From: Felis catus
Taxonomy: Eukaryota
DNA: 64,000 nt
Direction of reading: 5' to 3'
Assembly: GCF_018350175.1 (NCBI RefSeq)
Contig: NC_058368.1
Span: 64,482,001 to 64,546,000, forward strand
Below, piece by piece: positions 62,349 to 64,000 of this stretch (positions are counted from its first letter, which is position 1; every line of letters begins with the position of its first letter). The notes below the pieces were generated by a model. That model had not been told where the DNA came from. It saw only the letters and a program-made list of their open reading frames with translations, and did not search any database. Made by a program: the position numbers and the translations under genes.

Positions 62349-62699
62349 TTCATGAGAACGGAAACATTTTCATCCTGCTTACATACTATGTTCAGTGCCT
62401 GGCATATTATATGTACTTATAAAAATAGAAAACCATTTATACTAAGAAATGTGTTATGTGCTGAAGTTAACAGTGGTTACTTGTAACCATAGGATTGTAA
62501 GTGATGTTTGCCATCTACAAATTATTCAGTTCTTTCCAAATTTTCTAAAACAACATATATTCCTTATATTGGGAAAAGGATGTTTAAAATGATGTGTTGA
62601 AGAAACTAGCTACCAATAAGTTGTTGCTCTACAGTCATCCACCAAGAAAAGATAACTCCTGAAAGAATCAATCTCATTGATTTTATTTGAGAATTAAAT

Positions 62700-62861
62700 G
62701 CAGCATTACCTGCATTGGAATCATCTGGTATATTTACTTAAAATGTAGATTTCTGAGCCAGCGAGGGGATGAGGCAGAATCTACATTTTTATCACTTTTT
62801 TGCGCCCCTTCTCTTGACTACCCAGATGGTTCTTATCCACATTAAAACAAGAGAATAACTG
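62700..62861. mobile_element. MER5-like hAT relic
   Basis: CTGCATTGGAATCATCTGG...TAAAATGTAGATTTCTG...AATCTACATTTTTA. Confidence 0.55.
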
Positions 62862-63354
62862 AATTAGGAAGATAATCAAAACTCAGAAAAAATCCAAACA
62901 GTAGGAATGGTAGCTTTTTAGAGTCTCTTTAAACGCTGCTGGAAAATGACTGGTAAATTGGTGTAGCAAACTTCATGTGAGGGTATTAGGCCATAATACT
63001 AAAGGAGTCATGAGCAATAGGTAGCATTAAGTATATACAGAAAAAAAATTATCAAGAAAAATCATTTTAGATAAACTATATGGCTTGGGGTTTGTTATTT
63101 TAAACATAGGAGTACAAAAATTAGTTCTCAAAGTAAATGGTGACTTTTCCTAACATGGAGAGCAAAATATCAGAGATACCATATAAAATATTTCTAAATT
63201 AGTTGTGTTTGCTGACCAGCATTATGCATCAGGTGTCTGGTAGATGTATAATTTAGATTTGTTTTCCCCTCTCTCTCCCAAACCAATTAAACTCTACAGA
63301 TAGTCTGAGACTCTGCATTTCAGAGGATCCTAATTTATGTAAACCACAAAATAT

Positions 63355-63890
63355 CAAGCAGTCAGCAATTAGTTAGTAGTGGCTTCCTATCTGCAAGCAC
63401 AGTTCTAAATGTTATGTTGAGATGTTGAGAAAGGCCACATGCCTGCTCTCAAGGAGGTTCCATTTTAATGGATGAGCCCAAACAGTAACACAGAAACATA
63501 CACAGAAGAAAAGACCATTCAGGATAGTGACTGCAATAGGAAAACAGAACAACATGATCGATTGTGAGGCGTTAAAGATGCAGCAGCTTCTTTAGCTTAA
63601 GGTGTTCATCAGAGAAGCTTCTGTGAAGGGATGACCCGTGTGCTAAATGACGAGGCAGCCATACAACGGTCTGCCAGAAAACCGCTTCCAGAATATTAAC
63701 AAATGGAAAGCCTCTGGAATATGAAGAAATTAATATAGCCAAAGTTTGGAAAAGGCCAGTGTAGAGAAGATGGAGATAAGGTAAAATAGATGGTCAACCA
63801 AGATGAGTGAGGCCATGGGAAGGAGAGTTGCCAGGGAAGCTACTGAAGGATTTTAGCAGAGGAATAACATGCGTGGATCTAAAAAGATTA
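63355..63890 (-). mobile_element. L2 fragment
   Basis: CCTGCTCTCAAGGAG...AGGCCATGGGAAGGAG...TACTGAAGGATTTTAGCAG. Confidence 0.65.
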
Positions 63891-63891
63891 T

Positions 63892-64000
63892 TGCAATGAA
63901 CTGATGTTTGTGTCTCCCCCCCTCCACCCAAATTCATATACTGAAATTGTAAGCTCTGGTATAAGGAGATGGGGCCTGTGGGAGGTGATTAGGTTCTTCA
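63892..64000 (+). mobile_element. MLT1A-like LTR 5' part, runs off the window
   Basis: TG start, ATGTTTGTGTCTCCCC...AAATTCATATACTGAAA...GGGGCCTGTGGGAGGTGATTAGG. Confidence 0.75.

Noticed and set aside
1..64000. A novel multi-gene system, CRISPR array, rRNA/tRNA/snRNA gene, numt or non-retroviral endogenous virus
   Set aside because: I saw no supporting sequence. All long ORFs are L1-derived, and the tRNA-like A/B boxes are CanSINE heads.

Overview
AT-rich mammalian genomic DNA, almost certainly from a cat-family (felid) genome, judged from ~26 tRNA-derived CanSINEs of feline type and a feline-type LINE-1. The main feature is a full-length ~6.0 kb L1 on the minus strand (41996-47966). It has a 15-bp TSD, an intact 5'UTR with a YY1 site, and ORF1/ORF2 inactivated by three nonsense codons and one homopolymer frameshift. 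It sits inside a MER58-like DNA transposon. The rest is older L1, L2, MIR, LTR and hAT relics plus unique non-coding DNA. I could not recognise any host protein-coding exon or RNA gene, and the sequence does not support a new biological system. The most interesting items are retrotransposition events. These include an ancient L1MC-like piece apparently re-mobilised with a twin-priming inversion into a younger L1 (37.2-37.6 kb), micro 3' transductions on two young L1s, an insertion hotspot at 27.7-28.5 kb, and mosaic SINE diagnostics. Repeat subfamily names come from recalled consensus similarity and need Dfam/RepeatMasker confirmation.
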